Under the pieces are notes generated by a model, which worked only from the letters and a program-made list of their open reading frames with translations, was not told the DNA's origin and did no database searches. Shown one piece after another: positions 16,935 through 25,802 of a stretch of DNA of 64,000 bases. The stretch's first letter is position 1, and the number at the start of each line of letters is the position of its first letter. The translations under genes and the position numbers were made by a program. The stretch lies in the sequence record DRR723986_643, one strand, 5' to 3'.

Positions 16935-19280
16935 GTGAGCAACCCGAACCTCAAGCCCAAATTCCAGATCGATCCCTGGCCCTGCGAGGAGTGCCGCTCG
17001 GTACTGTTCGTGCTCGATGCCCACAACAGCTTCGAGCGGGAAACGCTGCAACAATGGATAGAGCAGCACGCCGCCGGCAAAGGCGAACTGCAACGCCACC
17101 AGATCGTGCTCGACCTCGGGGACGACCGCAAGGGTATCGACAGCGCCGAGCTGGTTACCCACATGGACCTGCCGGGAGATACCCTGATCGCACCGCTGCG
17201 CATCGCCTGGTTACCCAGTGAGGCCGCGATCAACTCCGGACCGCGCCTGCGCGACCTGCTGCTCGGTGATCCGCGTCGGCCCAGCGCCAAGAAAGGGCGC
17301 AAGATTCTTGCTCTCAATCCCAGTCGCATGCACCTGATTCACGGGGCACCCGACAGCATCGACAACCTGCGCCTGCGCTACCAGCACAAGTACTCGATCA
17401 AACCCGATGAGGCGCCCCAGTCATTCGCCATCTTTGTCGCGCGCCAGGCCGCCATCGTGCTGGATATCGCCGAGCGCCGGCTGCAGGGCGGGCGTTACAA
17501 GGTGCCGCGCTATGTGGCAGAAAGCCTGCGCACCAACCGCGCCTACAACGAAGCCCTGGATCGGCTCGCACAGGAACAGGGCAAGAGCAAGTCGCAGCTG
17601 ATGGACACCGCTTCCGAGTACATGAAGGAGCTGATCTCGATACCCAGCACTTTCTGGCTCGACGTGTGGGCGAAGTTCAACGCCTTCTGCCTGGGTCTCG
17701 GCTACGAGGAGGACCTGGTCTACGACCAGCGGGATGTGGAGCAGCTGCGCGCGGTGGTGCGCGACAATCCCTCGATGCTGCTGTGGACGCACAAGACCTA
17801 CCTCGACGGCATGGTCGTGCCCAAGGTGCTGTACGACAACGACTTCCCCATGCCCCACATGTTCGGCGGTGCCAACCTCAACTTCCCCGGGCTCGGCTTC
17901 CTGGTGCACCGCTCCGGCGGCATCTTCATCAAGCGCAGCTTCCAGGACAATGAACTGTACAAGACGACCTTGCGCCACTACATCGGCTACCTGATGGAAA
18001 AGCGCTTCCCGATGAACTGGGCCTTTGAGGGCACCCGTTCGCGCATGGGCAAGCTCATGCCGCCCCGCTACGGCCTGTTGAAGTATGTACTGGAGGCCTG
18101 CCACGCGACCGATGCGCGCAACATTCACATTGTGCCCGTGTCGATCAGCTACGACCTCATCCGGGACGTGGAAGAATACGCCACCGAGCAGACCGGCCGC
18201 GGCAAGGGGCCGGAATCGCTGCGCTGGTTCATCGGCTATGTCCGCAGCCTGGCCCGCCCGATGGGCAAGGTCTATATGGACATCGGCAAGCCCGTGGTTC
18301 TGGAGCATGCACCGGACCCGGATGACAGCCTCGCCCTGTCGAAGATTGCCTTCGAAGTGGCGGTGGAAGCAAACCGGGTGACACCGATCACCTTCCCCTC
18401 CCTGCTGACCATGGTCCTGCTGGGGGCATCGCCCCGGGCGCTGACCGAGGCGGAAGTGATCGAAGACCTGAGAGCCCTGCTGAACTGGGCCGAGGCACGG
18501 AACCTGCGGATCTCCCAGGATTTCGACCGCGCTTACGCGGAGCACATCGACGGCCTGCTGGGCATCATGATCAATGAGGACCTGATAACCCGCTACGACG
18601 AGGGACCGGAAACCCTGTACGGGGTCGCCATGGAACAGCACCCCATGGCGAGTTACTACCGCAATACGATCATTCACTTCTTCGTCAACAAGGCGATCAT
18701 CGAACTGGCCGCGCTGAAAGCCAGCGAACAGGAGACGGCCAACGCCGTCGACATCTTCTGGGCCGAGGTCGACCACCTGCGGGACCTGTTCAAGTTCGAG
18801 TTCTTTTACGCCCCGACCGAACAGTTCCACCAGGAGATCCGGGACGAGCTGGATCGCTACGGGGTCGACTGGGAAACACTGCTCACCCAGGGCCCGGCGG
18901 GCTTCCAGATGCTGCTGGTGGCGATGGTGCCACTGGTGTCTCACGTCACCCTGCTTACCTTCGCCGAGGCCTATGCGGTGGTGGCCGACCTGCTCGCACG
19001 CAAGGACCCCTGGGAATCGCTGACAGAGCAGGACTGCATCAACCAGTCGCTCAAGCTGGGGCGCCAGGCGTTCCTGCAACGGCGGATCAGTTCCGAGTCG
19101 TCAATCGGTAAGCTGTTGTTCAAGAACGGTTACAGCATGCTGAAAAACCGGCAGCTCACCGAGGGCGGCGGCGACGGCCTGAAGGAGCAGCGCCTTGAAG
19201 TGGCCCGGGAAATCCGCGATGTGCTGCGGCGGATCGAGGTGATCCGGGCGATTGGCGTCGCCAGCCGCGGCGCTTTCTGA
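16935..19280 (+). CDS. plsB: Glycerol-3-phosphate O-acyltransferase (PlsB, mycobacterial PlsB2-like)
   Basis: HKTYLD (HxxxxD), GGIFIKRSF, FEGTRSRMGKL, VPVSISYD, LFKFEFFY. Confidence 0.88.
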   Translation: MSNPNLKPKFQIDPWPCEECRSVLFVLDAHNSFERETLQQWIEQHAAGKGELQRHQIVLDLGDDRKGIDSAELVTHMDLPGDTLIAPLRIAWLPSEAAINSGPRLRDLLLGDPRRPSAKKGRKILALNPSRMHLIHGAPDSIDNLRLRYQHKYSIKPDEAPQSFAIFVARQAAIVLDIAERRLQGGRYKVPRYVAESLRTNRAYNEALDRLAQEQGKSKSQLMDTASEYMKELISIPSTFWLDVWAKFNAFCLGLGYEEDLVYDQRDVEQLRAVVRDNPSMLLWTHKTYLDGMVVPKVLYDNDFPMPHMFGGANLNFPGLGFLVHRSGGIFIKRSFQDNELYKTTLRHYIGYLMEKRFPMNWAFEGTRSRMGKLMPPRYGLLKYVLEACHATDARNIHIVPVSISYDLIRDVEEYATEQTGRGKGPESLRWFIGYVRSLARPMGKVYMDIGKPVVLEHAPDPDDSLALSKIAFEVAVEANRVTPITFPSLLTMVLLGASPRALTEAEVIEDLRALLNWAEARNLRISQDFDRAYAEHIDGLLGIMINEDLITRYDEGPETLYGVAMEQHPMASYYRNTIIHFFVNKAIIELAALKASEQETANAVDIFWAEVDHLRDLFKFEFFYAPTEQFHQEIRDELDRYGVDWETLLTQGPAGFQMLLVAMVPLVSHVTLLTFAEAYAVVADLLARKDPWESLTEQDCINQSLKLGRQAFLQRRISSESSIGKLLFKNGYSMLKNRQLTEGGGDGLKEQRLEVAREIRDVLRRIEVIRAIGVASRGAF

Positions 19281-19307
19281 AAAATAACAGCTAACGGGGT
19301 TCCGGCC

Positions 19308-20312
19308 ATGGGCAATCTGAAAGTTGGGGTACTGGGCGGTGGCTCCTGGGGTACTACCGTGGCGTCACTGGTGACACGCAATGCCCCGGTCACCCTCTGG
19401 GCCCGCAATCCTGAGACGGTCCGGGAAATCAACGAGCACCACCGCAACGCCACCTACCTGCCCGATGCGAAACTGCCGCCGACACTGGTAGCCAGCAACG
19501 ACATCGCCGAGACCGTGGCCGAGGCAGATATCGTGGTCATGGGCATTCCCTCCCAGAACTTTCGCCTGGTGCTGGAAGAGGTCAAAAAGCACGTGCGCGC
19601 CTGGGTGCCAATCATCAGCCTGACCAAGGGGTTGGAACTGGACACCAGCATGCGCATGACGGAAATCATCACCGAGGTACTGCCCGGGCATCCGGTCGGG
19701 GTGCTGACCGGGCCCAACCTTGCCCGGGAGATCATGGCGGGCCAGGCGGCGGCCGGGGTGATTGCCATGGAAGACGACATCATCGTCAAGGAACTGCAGA
19801 AGATCTTTAACAGTGGCCTGTTCCGGGTCTACACCAATACCGATGTCATCGGCTGTGAGCTGGGCGGGGTACTGAAAAATATCATCGCCATCGCGGTCGG
19901 CATGGGGGATGGCCAGGGCGCGGGCGACAACACCCGGGCCGCGCTGATAACCCGCGGGCTGGCGGAAGTTACCCGTCTCGGCGTGGCCATGGGGGGCCGC
20001 CCGGAGACCTTCGCCGGGCTGGCCGGCATGGGCGACATGATCGCAACCTGCACCAGCCCCCAGAGCCGTAACCGCCATGTGGGCATCGAGCTGGGCAAGG
20101 GCCGCAACATGCAGGACATCATCGACGAGATGGTCATGGTGGCCGAGGGTGCGAAGAGTGCGCCCGCGGTGATGGCCCTGGCGGAACACTACGGGGTGGA
20201 AATGCCCATCGCCCGGGATGTCTACCGCGTGGTCAGCGGAGAGACCAACGCGCGCGGAGCCTACCGGGGTCTGCTGCGGGTCACCGCCGGCGCTGAATCA
20301 GAGCCCGGCTGA
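19308..20312 (+). CDS. gpsA: NAD(P)H-dependent glycerol-3-phosphate dehydrogenase
   Basis: GGGSWGT, TKGLE, GPNLAREI, GGVLKNIIAIA, GLAGMGDMIATCTSPQSRN. Confidence 0.95.
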   Translation: MGNLKVGVLGGGSWGTTVASLVTRNAPVTLWARNPETVREINEHHRNATYLPDAKLPPTLVASNDIAETVAEADIVVMGIPSQNFRLVLEEVKKHVRAWVPIISLTKGLELDTSMRMTEIITEVLPGHPVGVLTGPNLAREIMAGQAAAGVIAMEDDIIVKELQKIFNSGLFRVYTNTDVIGCELGGVLKNIIAIAVGMGDGQGAGDNTRAALITRGLAEVTRLGVAMGGRPETFAGLAGMGDMIATCTSPQSRNRHVGIELGKGRNMQDIIDEMVMVAEGAKSAPAVMALAEHYGVEMPIARDVYRVVSGETNARGAYRGLLRVTAGAESEPG

Positions 20313-20465
20313 GTCTTCAGCCCGAATTTTCCTCACCGGGCAATCTGCACAAAAAACCACCAATTACTGGCGCTAACCAGGGGGCTGGGGCACAATATCC
20401 ACAACAGCTTCCGGTTAGGGGCCGGGACTGTGACGATAAGACCAAAAAATACAGAGAGTGAAACC

Positions 20466-21302
20466 ATGCCTATTACGAAAGTGTTTGCGTGTGTTCTGCT
20501 GTTGGCATTGCTGGGCAGTGCCCATGCCAGTGCCGGCTCCAAATTCACCGACCTGAAAGGTAACCCGGGGCTGCGCTCCGCCTCCGCGCTGGTAATCGAC
20601 GCGGACGGCAATGTCATCTACGACAAGGACGCGCGCACCCAGCGGCCAATCGCCTCCATCACCAAGCTGATGACCGCCATGGTCGTGCTCGACGCCGGGC
20701 TCAATCTCGACGAGAAAGTGACCATCACCAAGGCCGATCGCGACATGATCCGCCTCACCGGCTCACGCCTGGAATACGGCGCCCAGCTCTCCCGCAGGGA
20801 GCTGATTCTGCTGGCGCTGATGTCATCCGAGAATCGCGCTGCCACGGCACTGGGGCGCACCTTTCCAGGGGGTATGCCGGCCTTTCTCGATGCTATGAAC
20901 AACAAGGCCCGCCAACTCGGCATGACGCACAGTCGCTTCGCCGATCCCGCCGGGCTGCGTTCTGAGAACGTGTCCACCGCCGCCGACCTCGCGCTGATGG
21001 TGGATGCGGCCAGCCGTTATCCTCTGATTCGCCAGGCCACTACCACCCAGCGCCAGGACGTCCACCCCTATGCGCGGAGGGGACCACTGACCTACGGCAA
21101 TACCAATCGCCTGCTCAAGAACGCCAATTGGGATATCGAACTCAGTAAAACCGGCTACATCAACGAGGCGGGCCGCTGCCTGGTCATGCAGGCCAATATC
21201 GAGGGGGAAGACGTCTCCATCGTCCTGCTCAACTCCTTCGGTAAGCTCACACCCTTCGGTGATTCCAACCGCCTGCGCAAGTGGATGTTGAGCAATAGCT
21301 AG
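20466..21302 (+). CDS. pbpG: D-alanyl-D-alanine endopeptidase (PBP7, peptidase S11)
   Basis: Signal peptide; SITK, SEN and KTG catalytic motifs; KTGYINEAGRCLVM. Confidence 0.88.
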   Translation: MPITKVFACVLLLALLGSAHASAGSKFTDLKGNPGLRSASALVIDADGNVIYDKDARTQRPIASITKLMTAMVVLDAGLNLDEKVTITKADRDMIRLTGSRLEYGAQLSRRELILLALMSSENRAATALGRTFPGGMPAFLDAMNNKARQLGMTHSRFADPAGLRSENVSTAADLALMVDAASRYPLIRQATTTQRQDVHPYARRGPLTYGNTNRLLKNANWDIELSKTGYINEAGRCLVMQANIEGEDVSIVLLNSFGKLTPFGDSNRLRKWMLSNS

Positions 21303-21360
21303 TGTCGGCCGACCGCGTTAGGATAAGCGCCTGTCAGTCACTGGTCCCGGATTCCGCGCT

Positions 21361-22044
21361 GTGAACATTGCCGTCCGTCTCGCCCCGCTCATTCTCGCCT
21401 GCGCCAGCAGCATCGCGCAGGCGGATTACGATCGACTGATCTCCGCCTTCATCGGCAGCCTGGAGCTGGATGACCAGAAGGGTGACCTGCTGGACCCCGG
21501 CGGCAATCCAGTGGCCATTGAATTTCCTTCACTGCCCTCTGCCGGCCTGGAGGGGGAATACCGCTATGGCGGCGGCAGCGTGGCCTGGGGCCTGAACCCC
21601 GGCGGCAGCATCGCCTGGAAGAGTAGCGGTACCCGGGTATCCGGCGGCTTCAGCAGTGGCACTGGCGGGGTTATCCGGATCGATATCGACAACGCCCTGT
21701 TCCTCGGTGAACTGCACCTCGGGGGCTATGTTCGCGGCCGGCTGGGTAAATCCGTCACTGCCTATGCGGCGGCGGGACCGATGCTCACCTACGGACGCAT
21801 GAGTATTGAGGACACCCGCGACCCTGATTCGGGGGGCGGCGAGCTCGGCTTCGAGAGCTCGGATTCCTCCGACTTCGGCGTCGGCTACTACGCCCGCGCC
21901 GGCATCGACCTCTCTATCCGCGGCGAGCAGGCCATCGGCCTGGGTGTGCGCTACATGAGCACCCAACTCGACCTCGACGACAGTGTCGGCAAGATCGACT
22001 TCGAAGGTCCACAGTTTATCCTGAGCTACACTGTTCCCCTGTAG
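21361..22044 (+). CDS. Outer-membrane beta-barrel protein (small, OmpW/OmpA-like)
   Basis: Signal peptide (SIAQA) and Gly/aromatic alternating beta-strands (GVGYYARAGIDL, GLGVRYM, FILSYT). Confidence 0.65.
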   Translation: MNIAVRLAPLILACASSIAQADYDRLISAFIGSLELDDQKGDLLDPGGNPVAIEFPSLPSAGLEGEYRYGGGSVAWGLNPGGSIAWKSSGTRVSGGFSSGTGGVIRIDIDNALFLGELHLGGYVRGRLGKSVTAYAAAGPMLTYGRMSIEDTRDPDSGGGELGFESSDSSDFGVGYYARAGIDLSIRGEQAIGLGVRYMSTQLDLDDSVGKIDFEGPQFILSYTVPL

Positions 22045-22158
22045 ACTCGAACCACGACGCTGTCACCATCAGCCCGCCGACAGGTCGGTGAGTCCCTTTG
22101 CTTGACGCTATTGCGCAGGATTGAAACACTGCGCCAACGCCCTCGGGGAGCAGAACAC

Positions 22159-23085
22159 ATGATTGAGCGCAGAAAACTACTGCAACTGGGTGCCGGTGCC
22201 GTCGCTGCAGCTACGCTCGGCCTGCGGGCACAAGCGCAGGCGCCGGCTGCTGGTGACCAGGTCATCCTGCGCCCGATACCCGCATCGGGCGAACTGATCC
22301 CGGCCATCGGCATGGGCACCTCGCAGACCTTTGACGCGCCCGCTGACCCCGACTCCCTGAGACAGCTGGCGGCGGTCATGCAGACCTTCTTCCAGGCCGG
22401 TGGCACCGTTATCGACTCATCGCCCATGTACGGAAACGCCGAGAGCCGGGTTGGTGATGTCCTGCGCAGCATGCCCGAGCGCGCGCCGGTATTCGCCGCC
22501 ACCAAGGTGTGGACCACCGGCAGGGAACAGGGCATCGCGCAGATGGAGGAGTCAGCCCGACGCATGGCAGTGGAGGTCTTCGACCTGATTGCGGTACACA
22601 ACCTCCAGGACTGGCAGACCCACATGGCGACCCTGCGCGACTGGAAGGCGGAAGGCAGGGTGCGCTACATCGGTATCACGACCTCCCACGGGCGCAGCCA
22701 CGATGAGTTTCTTGAAGTGATGAAGAATGAGCCCATCGACTTCGTGCAATTCAGTTACAACATCGCCGACCGGGCAGCCGAGGACGAGATACTCCCCCTC
22801 GCCCAGGAGCGCGGCATTGCCACCATGATCAACCGGCCTTACCAGCGCGGCTCGCTGTTCGCGAAAACCCGGGGTAAAGAATTGCCGGAGGTGGCGAAGG
22901 ATATCGACGTAACCAGCTGGGGCCAGTTCTTCCTCAAGTTCATTCTGTCCCACCCGGGTGTGACCAACATCATTCCCGCCACCTCCAAGGTGCATCACAT
23001 GGAGGACAACATGAAGGCCAACATGGGCCGGGTGCCTGATGCGGCACAGCGCGAGGAAATGCTGCGTGTCTTCACAAGCCTGTAG
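22159..23085 (+). CDS. Aldo/keto reductase with Tat signal
   Basis: ERRKLL...AQA; IGMGT, IDSSPMYG, ATKVW, AVHN (D/Y/K/H tetrad), IPATSK; ATG 22159 follows GGGGAG. Confidence 0.9.
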   Translation: MIERRKLLQLGAGAVAAATLGLRAQAQAPAAGDQVILRPIPASGELIPAIGMGTSQTFDAPADPDSLRQLAAVMQTFFQAGGTVIDSSPMYGNAESRVGDVLRSMPERAPVFAATKVWTTGREQGIAQMEESARRMAVEVFDLIAVHNLQDWQTHMATLRDWKAEGRVRYIGITTSHGRSHDEFLEVMKNEPIDFVQFSYNIADRAAEDEILPLAQERGIATMINRPYQRGSLFAKTRGKELPEVAKDIDVTSWGQFFLKFILSHPGVTNIIPATSKVHHMEDNMKANMGRVPDAAQREEMLRVFTSL

Positions 23086-23094
23086 GCCGACCCC

Positions 23095-24429
23095 GTGAGC
23101 ACTGCCGCACCCAATCTGATCCAGCGGGCACTCGCCAAGGCCTGCGACATTCATCCGGAGGAGGTGCGGGCCACCCTCGCCTCCTTCTCGCTGGTGCTGG
23201 TGCTGATGGGCTCCTATTACATCCTGCGACCGCTGCGCGATGCCATGGCCAGCGACTGGACCGATGCAGAAGTCAGCTGGTTGTGGACCGCTACGTTCTT
23301 TTTCAGCGCTATTGCGGTTTCGCTATACGGCACCGCCGTTACCCGCATCCGGGTCAAGGCACTGGTGCCGTCTGTCTACGGGTTCTTCGCCGCCAGCTTT
23401 GTGGCCTTCTATATCGGCACCCAGATGCTCACCGACCGCACCCTGGTCGACAAGTCGTTCTACGTCTGGATCAGCGTGTTCAGCCTGTTTCACATCTCCG
23501 TGTTCTGGAGCTTCATGTCGGACACCTTCTCCAAGCCGCAGGCCAAACGCCTGTTCGGCTTCATCGGCGCCGGCGCCAGTATCGGTGCCATCGGCGGTCC
23601 GGCCATCGCCGCCGTGGTCGCCGGCGGTGCCGGCACCGAGCCGCTGCTGCTGATAGCCAGCGCCATGATCGTGCTGACCCTGCCGCTGGTGCTGTGGATC
23701 CAGCGCCTGAAGGACGCCGACCTGCACAACCGCGACGTCAGCGCCCGCCCGGGAGATTTTGAGTATATCGGCGGCAACCCGCTGGCCGGGTTCGTGGAGT
23801 TCCTCAAGAGCCCCTACCTGCTGGGTATCGCCCTGTTCATCTTTCTCTACACAGCGATCAGCTCTTTCGTCTATTTCGAGCTGAAAAACCTGCTCGCCGA
23901 CTACGACCGCGATGCCCGCTCCCAGATCTGGGCGATGATGGACCTGGTGGTGAACACCCTGACCATCCTGATCGCCGCCTTTGCCACCGGGCGCATGGCG
24001 AAATACCTCGGCCTGCCCTTCACCCTGGCCTCGGTGCCGGTGGCCATCGGCCTGGGCATGCTGGCCCTGGCCGCGGCGCCGATGGTGGGCATCGTGGTCG
24101 CCATCCAGATCGCGCGCCGGGCGGGCAACTACGCCATCAGCCGGCCGGCCCGGGAAATGCTGTTCACCGCGGTTGATCGTGAATTGCGGTTCAAGGCCAA
24201 ACCGGTGATCGATATCGTGGTTTACCGCGGTGGCGACATGCTCAATGCCTGGGCATTTACCGGCCTGACCACGGGCCTGGGGCTGGGCCTGGGCGCGGTC
24301 GCGGCCGTCGGCGCGGCAATTGCGGCGGTCTGGGCCTGCGTGGGGATTTACCTCGGGCGCCGCTTCAACGAGATGAAGGGCTCGGTTCTGGAGGCTGGCG
24401 AGGACAGCCCGGCGACCGGCAGTTCCTGA
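23095..24429 (+). CDS. NTT/TLC (ATP:ADP antiporter-like) MFS carrier
   Basis: SYYILRPLRDAM, FYVWISVF, SVFWSFM, QAKRLFG, RPAREMLF, RFKAKPVID..VYRGGD; about 12 TM helices. Confidence 0.85.
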   Translation: MSTAAPNLIQRALAKACDIHPEEVRATLASFSLVLVLMGSYYILRPLRDAMASDWTDAEVSWLWTATFFFSAIAVSLYGTAVTRIRVKALVPSVYGFFAASFVAFYIGTQMLTDRTLVDKSFYVWISVFSLFHISVFWSFMSDTFSKPQAKRLFGFIGAGASIGAIGGPAIAAVVAGGAGTEPLLLIASAMIVLTLPLVLWIQRLKDADLHNRDVSARPGDFEYIGGNPLAGFVEFLKSPYLLGIALFIFLYTAISSFVYFELKNLLADYDRDARSQIWAMMDLVVNTLTILIAAFATGRMAKYLGLPFTLASVPVAIGLGMLALAAAPMVGIVVAIQIARRAGNYAISRPAREMLFTAVDRELRFKAKPVIDIVVYRGGDMLNAWAFTGLTTGLGLGLGAVAAVGAAIAAVWACVGIYLGRRFNEMKGSVLEAGEDSPATGSS

Positions 24430-24457
24430 GCGTCACGCCTCCGGCGGGCCGGTGTCA

Positions 24458-24508
24458 CGGTTCAACTATCGAGTACAGGGGCCCCTGCCGACCTAAATAG
24501 TTGAGCCG
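24458..24508. repeat. Intergenic extended palindrome (REP-like)
   Basis: CGGTTCAACTAT (24458-69) / ATAGTTGAGCCG (24497-508), 11/12 match, enclosing the palindrome CAGGGGCCCCTG. Confidence 0.45.
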
Positions 24509-24594
24509 CATCAAGTTCCTTGGAGTCAGCCCAATCCACCGGGCGCCCACGCTCGCTATAATCACCAGACAGAAACTGGCACAGGACTTACGCC

Positions 24595-25689
24595 ATGGCA
24601 CACGCCGCTGATTACAATTTAGGCCCCAACACCTTCCCGCGGGGCTGGTTTATCGTCGCCGAGAGCTCCGAGCTGGACGACGGCCCCAAGGCCGTGCGCT
24701 TTTTCGGCCAGGATCTCGCGCTCTATCGCGGCGAGAGCGGCCGGCCAGTGCTGCTGGACGCCTATTGCGCCCACATGGGTACCCACCTGACCGCCAGCGA
24801 GAGCGCCATGATCGTCAAGAACGGCGAGCAGATCGAGGGCGACTCTATCCGCTGCCCGTACCATGGCTGGCGCTACGATCCCAATGGCGACGTGGACGAT
24901 ATCCCCTACTTCGACGGGCCCTGCCCGAAATCGGCATCGATCCGCTCCTATCCGGTGGTCGACAACATGGGCTGCATCATGGCCTGGTACGACCCGGACG
25001 CTCGGGAGCCGGATTTCGAGCCGCCGCACCTGCCTCAGTGGGAAGACGCCCAATGGGTCAACTGGCAGCTGGATCACCTGGGCGAAATCGCCATCCACCC
25101 GCAGGAGATCCTCGACAACATGGCAGATTCGAGGCATCTGGGCCCCACCCACGGCGCACCCTGCGAATACTTCGCCAATGAGTTCAAGGATCATGTCTAC
25201 ATCCAGCGCCAGGGCGGCCCCATGCAGCTGTACGATACATACCTGCAGACCACCACCTGGTACACCGGTCCCGGCTTGCTGCTGTCCAAGCAGGTGTTCG
25301 CCGGCAACGAGATCTACGAATTGATCGCCAATACACCGGTCGATGACGGGCTGGTGAAGTGCTGGCACGCGATTCTGTACAAGGGGCAGTCCAATCCCGC
25401 CAGCGCCGAGGACATCGAGGCCGCCAAGCAGGCCCAGGCCGGCGCGCTGGAAGCCTTCGCCGCCGACTTCAACGTCTGGCAGAACAAGCGTCCGGCGATT
25501 CGGATCATGCAGCTCAAGACCGATGGTCCGTTCAAACTGGGGCGCAAGTGGTACTCCCAGTTTTACGCCCGGCCCGAGGACATGCAGGCCATCCGGGACG
25601 AGCTCAACGGTGAACACCTGTGCCAGGGATTGAAGACGCCCGAGGAAGTGAATCACAACATCGATGAAGGGCTGAGATTTACCGCCTGA
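24595..25689 (+). CDS. Rieske non-heme iron oxygenase, KshA (3-ketosteroid 9-alpha-hydroxylase)-like
   Basis: FPRGWF, Rieske CAH...CPYHGW, mononuclear Fe motif DNMADSRHLGPTH, C-terminal D..VWQNK...DGPF. Confidence 0.85.
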   Translation: MAHAADYNLGPNTFPRGWFIVAESSELDDGPKAVRFFGQDLALYRGESGRPVLLDAYCAHMGTHLTASESAMIVKNGEQIEGDSIRCPYHGWRYDPNGDVDDIPYFDGPCPKSASIRSYPVVDNMGCIMAWYDPDAREPDFEPPHLPQWEDAQWVNWQLDHLGEIAIHPQEILDNMADSRHLGPTHGAPCEYFANEFKDHVYIQRQGGPMQLYDTYLQTTTWYTGPGLLLSKQVFAGNEIYELIANTPVDDGLVKCWHAILYKGQSNPASAEDIEAAKQAQAGALEAFAADFNVWQNKRPAIRIMQLKTDGPFKLGRKWYSQFYARPEDMQAIRDELNGEHLCQGLKTPEEVNHNIDEGLRFTA

Positions 25690-25709
25690 CGACAACCGGA
25701 CTTCGATCG

Positions 25710-25739
25710 AAAAAGAGCGCCCTGAGGCGCTCTTTTTTT
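25710..25739. terminator. Bidirectional Rho-independent terminator
   Basis: AAAAAGAGCGCC-CTGA-GGCGCTCTTTTTTT between convergent genes. Confidence 0.88.
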
Positions 25740-25802
25740 ATTGCCGGATCCAATCTGAGGCAGAAGCTTCTACGAATTTTTTTACAGCACCAGCAGCGCG
25801 GC

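Noticed and set aside
20395-20403. DnaA-box-like ATATCCACA
   Set aside because: Single mismatched copy, with no box cluster, unwinding element or oriC-linked genes
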